64,000 bases of DNA from Hydrolagus colliei. Taxonomy: Eukaryota. A model generated the notes under the pieces. It was not told where the DNA came from. It did not search any database and was given only the letters and a program-made list of their open reading frames with translations. The stretch spans positions 7,192,001-7,256,000 of the forward strand of contig CM068748.1 in the NCBI GenBank assembly GCA_035084275.1, given 5' to 3'. A program made the translations under genes and the position numbers. This document shows, one piece after another, positions 38,955-53,900 of the stretch (its first letter is position 1; every line of letters starts with the position of its first letter).

Positions 38955-41900
38955 CTGTCAATTATGAAACAAAAAAAATAAGATTTGTACAATGGCCTAA
39001 TATACATATTGAATATTAAACATTAGCATACTAAGCTAGTCATTAAATGCATTTTTACTTGTATGAATTATTGTTCCACTAGAAAGTGTTATTCTTCCCT
39101 GGAATGGGCTTTACAGAAAATATTTCTAGCAAGACTCAATGTTTCAATTTCAACAACAGTTTGAATGCTTTTATACATGTAAACAGTTTTGCTCATGTGT
39201 GGTAGAGTTGTTAGTCTTGCAAAAATAAATACTTTATATATAATGCTTGGAATCTCTAATCAAGAATACATTTATTGGATTCTATCAAATACTCATTCAA
39301 ATTGTTGGCTGTATTAATTTTTTTTTAAATTTAAGATCGAGATTATCACTCCACTGTATATATTTAAGCAACCATACAGGCTGACATCACTGATTTAATG
39401 AAAGATGTGATGCAGCAGTGCACAGAAGTATTTTGAAGCCGGGGAACTAAGATAATTCGAGGTTAAGAATAAATCTCACCATAATAAGCTCAACATTACT
39501 AAAAGATAAAAGGTCAGTTTCAAATTACAGAATTCTCAGACATGTTTGCTGAGAAGCTATTGGCCCCAAACGTTTACCTGGTGAAGATGAAATTGCATAC
39601 TGAATCTCTGTGGTTAACACATCTGCTCAAAAGTACAGTAAAAGTCTATTTATCCGTGACCCAATCAACTGTAACATCTGTATAACCAGCACCTCAAAAA
39701 AAAAGGTCCTCATTCGATTAACCGGAATTTATCCAGCACAATGCATTATTTTTCTTAAAGTAGTGTTTTTGGCTGAATATCCAGCACATGCTTTAACCAG
39801 CATTGGCCAGGTCCCGAGGGTGCTGGATAAATAGGCTTTTACTGTAATTCAATATTCTAAGGTCAGGTACCAAATGTGAGTTGGTTAGATTACAATCAAA
39901 TAAAAGAATACCTCTTCCAGAGGCTCCAAAAGTATAGGTGTTGATAACAAAGGCATTTCAGAACAGACCTTATTTGAGGAAATAGCTACTCTCCGGGATT
40001 TCATATATAAATAACTTCAAGTACCAACCACAATGAGATCTCCAAACATGGTCAATAACTAACCTGTGTCCACCGTTTGTTACTACTCTGCATCTGAACA
40101 CTAGTGATGCAAGCAAAAAGTTTCTCTGCTGTGATGTCTTCAGGCAGTTTGGTAAGAAACTGAGCTATGTGAATAAAGTCCATTTGAACTAAAATGTCCT
40201 CATACAATTTGAGGATTCCCAATGCTGTCCGAAAAAGAAATTCCTCTCCATCACGGCAGAAAACATCCCAGACTCTGCAAGCCAGATCCAGAGGCAATGA
40301 CTTACTATAAAGTGTAAATATCCTGTAATTCAAGGAGAACAAATTAAAAGTACAGTAACAATTAAATCTCAAGTTGTGTTTCTCTAATGAAAATAGTATC
40401 CATTTGAAAATTTAAAGATAAGATAGTCTCCCTTATATTACTGAAGTATTATTGTGTAAGAAATGGGACACAAACCAGCAGCAAGCTTCAGTAAAGTTTC
40501 TAAAACCATAACATTAATTTGATACTGTATTAAAGGAAAGTTATACATTGATCCTAGCCTCTCATTGATAATAAAAATTCAACAAGTCCAAACTCATAGT
40601 GGAACTTACCAGTCTATAAGGTAAATGTCTGGCGTCAGGTTATTTGTCTTTAAGTGTGCAAAAAGATTTGGAAGATTTTCTTCAAAGAACACTTCAAACG
40701 ATGCAAAGTATTTCAGCATCTGAGAAAATAGACATTTATTCAATGTTTCTTAATATCTCAATGATTAAATAAACCAACTTGAAATCTGGAACTATATTGA
40801 ATAATTAATCATCAATTTATTTTCAAAAAAATTACAAAATTAACTAGATCAATCCCAGCAGATAATTATTTATAACACTGTAACATACACCTAGACTCTG
40901 CTGGCTGGCAGGGTGAGAGAGATAAAGGGAGAAACAATGTGGGTCGGTTATGGTTAATTGGAAGCTTGGCCAATCAAGGGAAGCACCGCCTGACTCCCAA
41001 TCCCCATTTCCATGAGTTAGTTCACCTCCCTGCTTGAAAACCCATGGTGTTGAATGAGGACAAAAATTGAGAAGTTTTGATCATTTTCGACCACCATCAA
41101 GGGCATATAGCTCAATGACACCCTCCTCCATCAAAGCTCACCCACAAGATAATCCCAATAGAGGTACTGTGGGGACTATGATACTGTATCCCAGCCTTCA
41201 GATGAGTGGAATGCTACAACTTTAAAACTGGATGAACACAGAGAGGGGGCTGTGTGACAAAGGGGAAAGAGAAAGAAAACTACAGTTCCATTGTTTAATT
41301 GTCCCATTTCCAGTTAATAGTGATCTATAATGCAGGTCAAATCTACAGCCAGCATCATGACCAATATAGATGTAGACTACCTTGCAGTATGCTTACCATG
41401 CTGTGATCCACACGGAAAAAGGCCAACTGACAGGGTTTGTTCAATAGATTAGCAAATGCTATGAAAGCATCTGCTTCCTCCAAGTTGAGAATCAGCACTG
41501 CAGCAACAAAGGACATTCCTTGAACCTATAGTAAATAGTGCATTTGGGATTAATTGGCATTTAAAAACTCAATGAACTAGTCAATTTAAGTATTTACAAA
41601 TAAGTTTTGCACAATAGATTTATGGTAATGATATAATTCTGCCTCTTCCAATGCAGCCCTAAAATATTATTTCACAAAAAGAGAACCAGCCACCTAAGGG
41701 CATATTGCATAACATGAATTTACCTGCTATCAAGTGGATCAATATGCTAAGAAGCAGCATTAATTACATATGCATTATCATGCAATTGTGCATTACCCAG
41801 AAAGAGGGTGGGGGCGGGGGAAGGGAGAGTCCACTCAATTTTGGAGGACAAACCATCAAATCTAGTCCCATCAAGTATGGATGTTTCCCCCCCAGTCTCC

Positions 41901-44900
41901 AAATTGACATTCAAAAAGGTTGAAATCTTTTTCAGACAGCAAAAACATTTGCTGATATGTATTGGAGCTCTCAATTTTGGTTATGGCACCTAATATACAA
42001 AATAGCAACTCAGCAGATACTAAATATAGGGGACAATTTGTTAATTACATATAAAAAATTTGAAGATACCGAATACTTAAAAGTATTCAACATTTAATTT
42101 AACAACACAGATTTGCTCTCCAAAATTTGATCTGGCTCTCCAAAATTTTAATTACTGACAAATGGAGAAATTTCTCAGGAATACGTTTAACTGAAAACAA
42201 ATTAAATCTAGTTCATTCTGTTTTTATTAAACCCGTAGACTAATCTAGAATTCCAAATAGAAATGTAATACTTGATCAATTGGTGAAAATTGATAACTCA
42301 AATTGCAATTGTGATATAGTTCAGTGAATTACAGACAGATATACCAGATTTTGCAAGAAATATTTGGCATAAAAACCACAAATACCTACATATCCAACAT
42401 CAGGCCTGTAGCACGTGTAAGCCCCAAGCACATTATGCAATAGATCGTGATATGGTCCACCCTTTAAACAAACATAATTTAAATACACATCATTTTCTTA
42501 AGTTATATTTGTGAAAACAGTTTAACCTCTAAAAACATGAGGCCAAATTAAAGCAGTTAAATTGGTTAAATAAACAATAGTTTGCAAAGGCGATTGCCCA
42601 TTTGTTACACCCACTTTGTTTCTAAGGTCATTCTTTTTTAAAAAATTCAAATCAATGCAAATAATCAGGGCGCCAAGGTTGAAAAATAGGATTAAAGTCA
42701 TTCACATTTGACAAACTAGTACTTTTAATTTTATTGTAGGACTAAGCCATATATGTACAGAAGCAAAAAATTACAAACCTTTTGGAAGATGAAGAGTGAT
42801 GGGAATGTACGGGAGATATCCAGCTTTATCAATTCAAGACTGGCCTCTCGGTCAGCCCCTGATGCTCCAGAGTCTAAAAAGTCAACGAGGTAAGTCATTA
42901 CACTAAGTGGGACATGGAACAAAATGCAGACTGTGCTGAAACCAACAAACGAATGTTCTGCTGAAAGTTATATTCAAATGTTAGCTGGTTGACCTACTGT
43001 GGATTTCTGTATTTTTTAAATGTCATAGTAGCATCTGTGTGACTATACTATTCCAGACATTTTAATGTTTCAACAATATAGTTGTGCACATAATTTCTCT
43101 AAAGTCTAATGTAAATGTTCACCTCAACTAAATATTAATTGGATTACAAAGAATATATTTCTGGAAATAAAACTTTCAGCATTTTATTGAGACAATGTAA
43201 ATATCTTGAAATGCCTAGATACCAACTCAGCACATTTTACATGAAGTAATACCTGCCCAGTTAAGAATGCAACCTGATCTTGAATTGTGTGTATATGTAT
43301 AAAAATCACACTTGAGCCCCCCATATACACATATATGGGGGGGCTCAAGTGTGATTTTTCCATCAGTATATTTTACAAAGACCATGTTTAAATTTCCAGT
43401 TAAATCCCACCTGTTTTTTCCTGTAACAATTTTAGGTTCAAAAGAGGGCATCCCAAAACATTTAGAATAAGGGCATCTTATCATTTAGATTCCAAATATA
43501 CCTTTAATTGCTTTTAGACTGTAAAAGAGCAAAAAGTTAATTATCTTGGAGAATGAGGCAAAACGTTGGAGAGCAAAACAGTTGAGGATATTTTTGGATA
43601 ATACTGCATGAACTGACATAATTAAGAATTAATTTAGTTTGGTTTGATTTAATCTATTTTTGAATGTTGAAAATAGTATTTGCAGTGAATATGGTTCTAA
43701 ATTAATCATGGATGTTGATGTTGTTGAAATATAATTTAAGGAGGAGGCAAGTTGAGAACAGTGCTCCTCTATTTTGCATTGATGTAGAGAACAAATATTT
43801 TAAATTGGTTTTGAAAATTGAAAAATCTGAGCTACCAAAACATATACATACATATTGAAAGCAACTTTCCAGCATAGAACAGCTTACTTATTTGAATTAC
43901 AGTAAAACATTTACCAAGATATTAAACACCTTGTGTCAGCAAAGGTAATGTAATAGCATAGTGCATTCAATCTAGCAATGCAAAAAGTAGCGGCCTGGTA
44001 GGATACAGGATTAGTGCTCAATTTCTTCCTTAGAAAATATTTAGCAGTTTGATAGTACAATTATGGATTTTATTATCGATATCAAAATGGTCAAATCAAC
44101 TTTTAGAAAGAACTTTTTGGAATAGTCTAAGAAACCTCTATCAGAAGCTCAATTAAAAAAAAGAAAATCATTAACCAAATACCTTGAGTTATATCAAGGA
44201 AAACAAAGACAAGTTCTGTTTGAATCATTGCCTAACTCCAAAAGTCAACCGAAATAGTGAAAGTGGCTGAAGATAGGAGGCTTCAGCATTAGAGATGATG
44301 ATGTTTTAAAGAAACACATGAGTGGGATTAGATTAACATTAAACAAGTGATCGCTGCAATCAAGGAGAAGAAACAATCAAGGAGAATAAAATTAAAGAAA
44401 TTGTTCGAGTTTAAACAGCAGAACTTTCACTGAATGGTGATCTAGGAGGACAGGAACAAGATTAAAATCAATGCCAAAAAAAAGTTGCTGGGGAAACTCA
44501 ACAGGTCAAACACCATCCATGGAGAAAGGAAAAGGAGTCAACGTTTCGGGTCTACAACCCTTTTAGGACTTCGTCAGGACTGGGAAAGAAACAAGCCCCA
44601 ATCCTGACGAAGGGTTGTAGACCCGAAACATTGACTCCTTTTCCTTTCTTCATGGATGCTGTTTGACCTACTGAGTTTCCCCAGCAACGTTTGTTTTTGT
44701 TTCAGATTCTCAGCATCTGTAGTATTTTGTGTTTTGTTTAAAATCAATGCTGTCTGACTGGCTGGCAACAGAGTGCATGGAGACAACTTACATCTGACCT
44801 CAGTTGTAGTGTTTGTAATGCGTCAATTAATCTTTAATGCAAAAATGCTACTTGAATCAACAGATTAAAAGAGACTGCTCAGTCATGAAATTAATATATC

Positions 44901-47900
44901 TGGACGACTTGAATGAGTGAAATAAAAGTGCAATTTGTTAACGCCTGTGTGAGGTGCTTCAAGGGAAGGCCTACCTTCAGTTTCATTCTCTGATCCAGTC
45001 TCACTGAAGCTTTTCCATCGCTCTTTAGCTCTCGACAGAAAGATTTCATAAAGCTCTATGAATGAACAAAACAGCAATGAAGTAATTTAAAAAGAAACTT
45101 CACCTCCAACAATCTCAGTCTATAACTGACATCCAATCACCATACCATATCGTTTATTTATTAACCATTCAATTTATTTAGGAACTGCTTTTTAATATAA
45201 ATAAAGTCTCCTTTAAATTAACCTAAATCAAGCAACTGAATTGTACAATATAAATACCATGAGTAATGTTCAGCTCATTGCCGATGGCTAAGATCCACAC
45301 TTTCCCGCGAACACTGGGAGGAACGCCCTGCCACCAGAGTTCACGCACCTTTCGTGTATTTCGACTGAAGGTTTGAGAAAATAAAAATTAAGTATTAAGT
45401 ATAGAAATCATCAATTCTCTCAATTATGTTGTAGATACTTCAAGTAGTGATCACTATGAATAGAATATACTTACATGGTTTCCCAGTTGGGAAGAATATC
45501 CACATTCCAAATAATCATAGCGTGAGCAATATTTTCTTCTTGCCTAAATCGTTCCTTCATAATTTTTTTCCTTCTCTGTGCCTCTTTCATCTCTACCAAA
45601 AGAATTCCCAAAGTTACAGGTCTGCAAACCAAATGCGTGAATATAATATCCCTATCACATTGTTTTCCTCAACTTGTGTCTCTTTTTCCAAGAAGGTCAG
45701 TAGTCTGTTCCAATAGGTAAAGTTCTGGAAATTTACATCTAATCTGTTGTTCCCCATGGAAGGTAAAAAAAAAATCAACCTGGCTTCTCGCTCCTTAATA
45801 TGATTCGGATTGGGAATCAAAGCCACATTCTCCTGCTCTAGGTTGCCGTGTACTGATGTCCTAAATGGTACTCAAATTATTCAAGAAAATGAAGTACATA
45901 ACATTGTCCTACACAAATTCACTTAATTAGTAAAATTTCACATGTAGTTTAAAAGTGATCCCTTTCTGGATTGCTTTATTTATTGAGTCCTTAGTCTCTG
46001 CATTGATCAAGCACTTTTAAGACTTCCACCCGATTAGTAAGGAGTCAAGTAAATTGTATTTTATTTCCTCCATGGCCAGCATCAATACGTTTTTTTCCAT
46101 CCACAATACTTTGCACTCCGGGTGTAGCACTGCAATGCTTATCATGGTTAGTAATAATCAACAGATTGATGCTATTGTGTGCCCAACAATAGATGCCCCA
46201 ATATTGATTATATAATTTGAATTGCAAAGTGGACATTTCAAGAGTAAATATTTGCTGATTATGAATCTTAAGGTCTAAGTCCCCCAAATACGAAACCTAG
46301 TTATACAAGATTTTGACATATCAGAGTTTGGGTGCCCATTTTCTGTACTAAAACAAGAAGTTAATTGCAATAAAACGTTATAATACTTAGAAATTCACAG
46401 TCACAATAGTTTAGAAACAACACCTCTTTTCTTTGCCTCTGCCACCATCTCATCATATTCCTGTCGATGCCTTTGAGCCTCCTCTGCAGACTTTGCAGGG
46501 AGATGTCTGCAAAAAAAAACTTCCCCATAAATACAACAATAAAGTGCTGAAAAGATAGTAACTCTAGATTGTTCAAAGTAATTATCCCCTTTCTCTCTTG
46601 CATGCAATATAAAAACACCATACCTTCTGATTTTTAGCAATGATAAGAAACATCCTCAATATCCCAAATCATCTCCATGCTAGCAGTGCAGTAGTTTTGT
46701 TGGGAGCAAATTATATGATCGTCAAAACTAAAGGCTATGGAAGCAAAATTTTCTTTTAAAAAGAACATGCGTGTACAAGCAATTTTATACTCCACAGTCT
46801 AAACACTGCTTTTAGGAAGATCATTTATTGCATTCATAAACTGAGTTGGGCAGTTATGGAACCAATTAAACATTTAAAAAAAAACTTTTCCCTTTGTCAT
46901 ATTTTTCACAGAAGTAAACAGCAACTGAATCATGTTTCTTTTTAGATTCCATTAGTTTAAATAGAACATTAGCCATCAAATATTTAAGGGGGACAATATA
47001 ATGTGCTGCTGTAGGCCTTGTAAAACAGCTGGCTACACCTGAACTAACACACACGGAATTGCATGAAGACCCAAATTGGCTGTATTTTGCAAAGTTAACT
47101 TACATCTTGTAAACTATCAAAACGAAATACAGCAGCTGAAGAGCAACAAATTTGCTGATCGGCAAATCAAAACGGGAATAAGAATGAAATAACAAATCTC
47201 CCACATTTGGCGCAAAGCAATTTTGTTTTTAACTCCTTTTTCTGACCTGCAAGAGCCTGATATGACCAGGAGAGGGCAATTGGGAGACCAAATTTTCGAC
47301 AATCCACGTCACCGCTAACCCAAAAGCAGAAATCCAGGCAGCAAGAAACAAGGCATTATATTGTCTCTCCTCTTCCCCCCCCATCTCTGATGAACATTTC
47401 ACTACTGTATTATGGATTGTATCAAATATCCCAAGGCCAAGTAAATACAATTTGCTTCATGTTCCCTTAAAATTTGAACCAATATGATCTTTTGGTTGGG
47501 GAAATCAGTACCTTTTATGTTGAATTTAACTTTTTACCTCTCCCCCATTTTTTCTTCTTTGCTCTTTTGCCCTAAAGACAGTAACTCATCTTGGGTAAGG
47601 GCCAGCAGAGATCAGGAAGGCGACCTACATTTTCCCTTCTCTAATCCAGTGAACCAAGGCCAACTGTAGCATTACCACATAACTATTCCAGCTGAGCCAC
47701 TTAAAAGTTTCACAGAAGCATTTCATTTCACTTTTTCGTTTATATAGTAATTGTTTAATTTCAAAAACATTTGATGAGCATTTTCGATATTATTTCATAT
47801 AAAATATTTGTACTCAAGATGAAAATAGATTGTTAATAAATAATAATACTAGTCTCTTTCTAGTTTAAATCCCAATGTCACTAATGTTTCAGATTTGCCA

Positions 47901-50900
47901 GGCATAAATGAGTGTTTCAATTAACAGTTGTAATGTAATCTCAATGCCATCAGAAAGAAAGAGTGCTGACAGAAGTATTCAGTGCATCATAAATTGACCT
48001 TTTCGAGTTTGTTCACCTTTCTTTAATTCAGACGGATAACTATCAATGTTTATTCCATCCCCATCTTTTCCCCTGGATTTTAGTGAACTTTACAAAAATG
48101 GCAGATTTCCAAGTTCAAAGATTTCCATAGATGTAATTTCCTGCAGTGGAAATGCAGGCTACACAGAGCAGGACCTGTAACGTTATGTCCTGTGCAGCGT
48201 GCACGTGTACTACACGGGGGTGGTCCCTCTAACATTAACATCCTGCCATCAAGCAGGAAGCAACACAAATGGCTACTTTACAATTGGGAACCAATCGTCA
48301 TGCAAAGCACCATCAACTAAATATGTTTTTAAAAAAGGTTATGGGGAAAAATTATGATTACCATTTTCTGCAGATTAAAATCTGTAAATTGGCAAACTAA
48401 TAACCAGAAAAAAAATGACCAACTCTATTGTTCTTTCCTACCCCCATCCCACTTGCATTTCTGCAATATATATCAGAGAATACTTACGCAGGCCGATCCT
48501 CCAGGATCAAAGCAGTGGTTGACAATGGTTCAAACTCAAGATTTCGTCGCCTGCCTACCTGGAGTGAGGGTTTGGTCATTCGGCCAGTTCGAGCTTCATA
48601 TTCCTATTTGTTTGTAGAAATAAAATCAACATTAATATAGCACACAATTTCAATATTTTCACATTATGTGCTTAAGTTTTTCTCTTACATAAAAAACAGA
48701 AATTATGGCAGTGCATTCAAGAAGAACACTTTTATATTTCACATAAATTATTTATGACATTGGTAGCAGAGGAGGAAAGGTAGACCTGGCTACAGTCATT
48801 AACAGATTAAACTGAGATGCAATAACAATCACTTCTAATTAGGCAGCAAGATATTTCCTGGGTACTCTAAACCGTAAACCAATTAAAAGAACCATATTAA
48901 GAATTCCATTCATTTTTTTAAGACAAATAAATCAAACTTATTCAGCATTCATAAACCATTTGTTTTCTTTGTAAGGTCTTTGTTTCCATCAATCATAAAG
49001 CAATGAAAAAAAATTCTGGGCACAAACATGAATGAAAAGCTTTCAAAAGTTCAGAAATCCCACAAGATCTTTAAAGAAATGAGAATATAAATGCACAGAG
49101 CTTTTGGTTACATATTTACTGAACTAAATTTGCTAAGCGACCACCACATTTGACAACTCAAATATGAACAGATAGAAGGATAGGCTTTCTCTTGAAAAAA
49201 AATTTCAACAACATAAATACTTTCTCCACCAAAAAAACTTTCATTTAAAATTTCAAAGATGTTACCTAAATTTATTTTATCCTTAAATAATCTAATAGCA
49301 TGTCTACATTCCCATGTAATCAATGCACAATTTTAGGATATTGGATGCCAAGTTCATATCATTTTTAAAAAATGCCTAGCTGGCAACTCTTATGGGATCA
49401 GTACTCAGAATAAGGGCACTTTATTCAGTGAGTGTTTATATTTACCTGCATTGCGTGAGTTATGCAAAGTGTTTTCTACTAATATTAACAAATGTGACTA
49501 AAACAGTAGCCACACCTGTGGCTAGTCAATGATTTCTGTTGAAATACAGTAACAAATGCAATTATGAACCCATTGTGCCTGTCCCCTCACTATATTGTTA
49601 CTGTTAGAAGCCTCCTGTATCCGAACCAAGTTTGGAAGTGTACTAAGACGTTGATGGCAGTGTGGTGCTTTCCACTCTTGTTTAAATGTAACCTGAAGAT
49701 ACACTGAAACCTCAGCCTTACAGGTATGTTTCAACTGGCAACATATGCCATTTTATTCTCAATAGACAGGCTCAGAATAGCAACTTGTATTTATTCGTCA
49801 CATAGAATAGGGTCTCAGTGTTGGATAGGAATAATACATCAGTAGTATTTCTCCTGTCCATACTTGATCCACGATGGAATATTGAGCAATCATGCAACAA
49901 GTGATAGGGCGTGCCATTGGAGCAGAATGTAGGGTAAATATTTAAGAACCACAAACAGAAACCTCTCTCGGATTCCAGTTTTCTATAAATACAGAAAGCA
50001 CTTACTACAATTAAAGTGCACAAATCATATTAGATTCAACCATCTGTCCAGTGAACAACAACAACATGAAATTTAAAACTAGTCAGTTAGGGGTCTTTTT
50101 AGCTGTATTCTGCCAAATTTGAAACAAAACCTTAAGTTTAAAAGAAACACCTTAAGTTTAAAAGAAACACCTTATATTGAAAAGCTCCCAATAATGACGC
50201 AACACATTTTATAAATTCACTTCAACATGAACTAAACTGCATTTGCACAAAACATAAATAACATGGTCACATATATTTCAGAATACATGGTGCCACTCAG
50301 TCCCTCTTATAACCGGTGCCATTATTGATTTCCATTCATTGGAAAAATTCTGAGTTTCAAAAAGTGCACCATTTATTCTCCGATCTGAAGCCCCTTAGAT
50401 AGTCGCTCAATTAAACCATTATGTAGCTCAGTATAACACACTGAATGCAACAATTGGACAGCTGGCATTCCAACATTTCAGAGAACATCTGTGAGCTATT
50501 ATTCATTTGAAACATTTCACTCATGCAAAAGTTCCTTTCTAAAGAAATGACTGTACAGATAGCCAAAAATCTGGGTTTCTCATTTGCATGCTGCCAGAAT
50601 TCTGAGTACAGTAAAGCTGTATGTCTGCACACAAAACATAATCAGCCATCAGAAACTAAATCAAATGATTCAGAAATAACTAATTCACCAGCACCATTTT
50701 CTATGCAATGGCATGTTCCAAAGCTATAAGGAAATTTTTATCCTCATTAATAATACCAAAGTACTGAAATCAGCAGACAGTTTTAATAGATATCTATCTC
50801 TCTTAATTGGTGGAGTTTTTTTTGCATTATTTACATAAACCAAACACAACATAACCATTTCTAAGATCATTTCTAAACTGGATGTTATGAATTTCACACC

Positions 50901-53900
50901 TGTTTCATTTAAGAATGGTATGAAGTTTCAAATTAGGAAGCAAAATGTAAAATAAATTCATACTAATTTGCAATTCAATATTCTCTATACAAATCCATCT
51001 GGAAGATAAAATTATGGCTATTTCCATAAAGTGTTAATGACAGCAGACTTTATTTATTTACACATAGCTGAGTAGAGAAATAGAGAACCTGGAACAATAA
51101 AAGTGATACAGGCCAGCAATTTCTTGAATATATTGAATTGAAAAACAAACTCAATTTGTAAAATGCAAAAACAAAATCAATTACAACAACTTAACACAAT
51201 ACATTTAACATTCCCATCATTGCAAAATTCAAGTTTAGGCACACGTGGAAAAAAAAGGTTGCATCTGAACCATTTAAAAAAGGAATTGGATAAATATTTC
51301 AAGAGAAAGGCAATAATTGATATAGGTAAACAACAGGGAATTGGGATTAGTTAGTTCCAGTTGCTAAAATAGCACCTATTTAAGATCAAAGGGTGACATG
51401 TCTCTCCTTAATGTTATACTTTCAGTATTTCCAACATATACACCGTTAATAGTTACAGAACAGACTTAACCATCCCTTCAATCTTTCTCTAGTACAACAA
51501 ATTAAACATCAAAACATGAAATGCAAATTTCCAGTGAATTATTTCAGTAATAATGTAGTTTAAATGCAAATTATTTAAACAATTTTGCATAATAATATTT
51601 GCAAGAAAATGCATGCAGGCAGGCAGTCCTGTACAATAAGCTTTGGTTAGAAGTAAACAGTAAACAATACTAATGGGGGAGGGGGGGGGGGCAGATTTTA
51701 CTTTATTGCCAAGCAGAAACATTACATTCATTATCAGAGCAATATATAGTTCTCAATTTCCTTTTGATGGATATAATTTACAGGACATTGCAGGTTTGTT
51801 GTCATGCTAAAATAAACCAGGAGGGAGAAATTTCCACCACACACCAGTAAAAAAAAACATTGATGTTGTGTGGGTAAGTTTTAAGGAGGTACAATGGCAA
51901 CCTCAAATTTAACTAATGGCTTCTGTTACTTTTCAAATCCTTAGTTAAGTAACTTACCGGAGAACAAACAACAAATTGTGTTTAAAAAATAAAATCTTGT
52001 CACTTAGCATCACAACCAACGTAACAACATTTTGACTTTAATGCTGTACTATTAATGTAAAAGTGCACTAAAATGATTAGCTAGTCAGATGGCATTTGAA
52101 GTGTTCAGTGAAGATCATTGTGACAAGCGAGTTCAGATGCATTCTCTTATTGCATTCAAATGGGGGTTTCAATGTTGTTATGCCAGTACAGAAATATGGC
52201 TTGCGCACATCATGCTAAAATAAAGAAATGTGCAGGTGAAAGACAAACACACTTCAACAGTAGTGTCATGCATGGTTTCAAAACTGACTGAAGGAAATGT
52301 AGTAAGTTCATACCCCTGTATTGAACAGGTTAGGTGCAGACACTGACGCAAGATTGCAACCATAGCTGTCCTGATGAGAGAAACAGAGTCAAATCAGAGA
52401 AAACAAAAACACAAGATACATACACACAATTTAAAATACATTTTGGTGGGGATGGGACAGGCAAAGACAAGCGGTAGCATGATACAATAGAATGCACACT
52501 CAGAAGCTACAATATATCTGTCCCAATATAAACATAGATCTTTATTAAAAACAAATAACAATTTTCAATTAATGACCGCAAATGTAATATAAAATGTATG
52601 TGACTTTATCATTGGAAATAAAGATTTAAAATAGTGGGGAATTTACACAAAAGTGATATTTGGAAGGGTTAATTTATGAAAAGAAACACGAGAAATTAGA
52701 TGTCCATTGTTTGCTGTATTTACAACTAACCTGAAACATACTAAGTTCAAACAAAATTACTAATTCATCAGGGAGATCTAGTCAGTATAATAACAGGAAA
52801 ATAGATGTTTCAGAATTCTCTTTGCTTACTTGTTAATAACTATATCATATGTATGGATGATATGGAATGCTTGAAGATGGATGAAAATTGAGTTTCAAAA
52901 CAGTTCCATTCTTCACAGTTGGGCAACGTCCGCAGTTTATCAGGATAAGATACCAGGGCATTAATGAGGTCAATGCTTTTGTAAATGAAAATACATACAA
53001 TTTAGATTCATATAGCATCTCTCACATATGGTATAATGACTCAAAGCACTTCACATCTGAGCTGGAGTTGGGAGGAAAGATAATGGAAAGCGCAGTCGAT
53101 AATGTGTATTTTTGGCTAAAAATACATAAATAATTTTACTGCAAAAATGCAATTAGTGATAATCGGCATTACCTAAACGCATTCTAAAGCAACTATCTCC
53201 TCCAGATGGTGGGTTAATGACAATTTGAATTGAATGACACCAACTATTTACGCCATGCTCTGAGGTCTGAATGAGCTCTCCTGCAAAGCTACAATTATAA
53301 TAGCTATTGAATTTAATCCAGTATGGAGCTCAGTTAATATCCTGGCATGGAAGTACAGTATATTCAGCATGAAAATACTAGCGTAAATCAGTAGCATCTC
53401 ATTGAACATCTGTCCAACCTCCAGAAAGCATCAAGCAAGCGAGCAGGCTGACACAGAGGAATACTGTTCAAGTACAGCACCTAATATAAATCATGAAATC
53501 AAAAGTGCATCTGCCCTACCTACTTATTGACAAGAATCAGACACCCACATTTTCATGCTGATGAACCAAGGGAGTGGCTAGCATGTTTGAGAGAGGAATA
53601 AAGCAGGCCAAACAATGCTCAAATGTCTCTAAAGCTCAGCACGGTTTTCTCCAACATTCAAACCACTGACTAAAAGAGGCTTGGCTAAATGCCCCTCATT
53701 CTTACCACAGACTGCGCAATATACATGTTCAACTTTAAAATTTAGAACAGTTCAAGGACTAACAAATGTATTGTGTTTAACGCTTTTTCTTGCTTCTGAT
53801 TTTATTTTGCACTTGTAACAATATTTATTTAAGGTATCTTTATAATTGCGGCCATAATAGATAATGCTAAAGGTATCGCTGCATCTTGACCTCAGTCACC

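Noticed and set aside
47247-47314. 68-nt AG..GT segment on the - strand as an extra TBC1D12 exon
   Set aside because: Frame-shifting with a modest donor; could only be a poison exon and nothing else supports it
50128-50175. Short tandem duplications (21 bp here; 19 bp near 11518-11556; 12 bp near 18974-18998)
   Set aside because: Ordinary slippage duplications with two units and no spacers; not CRISPR-like
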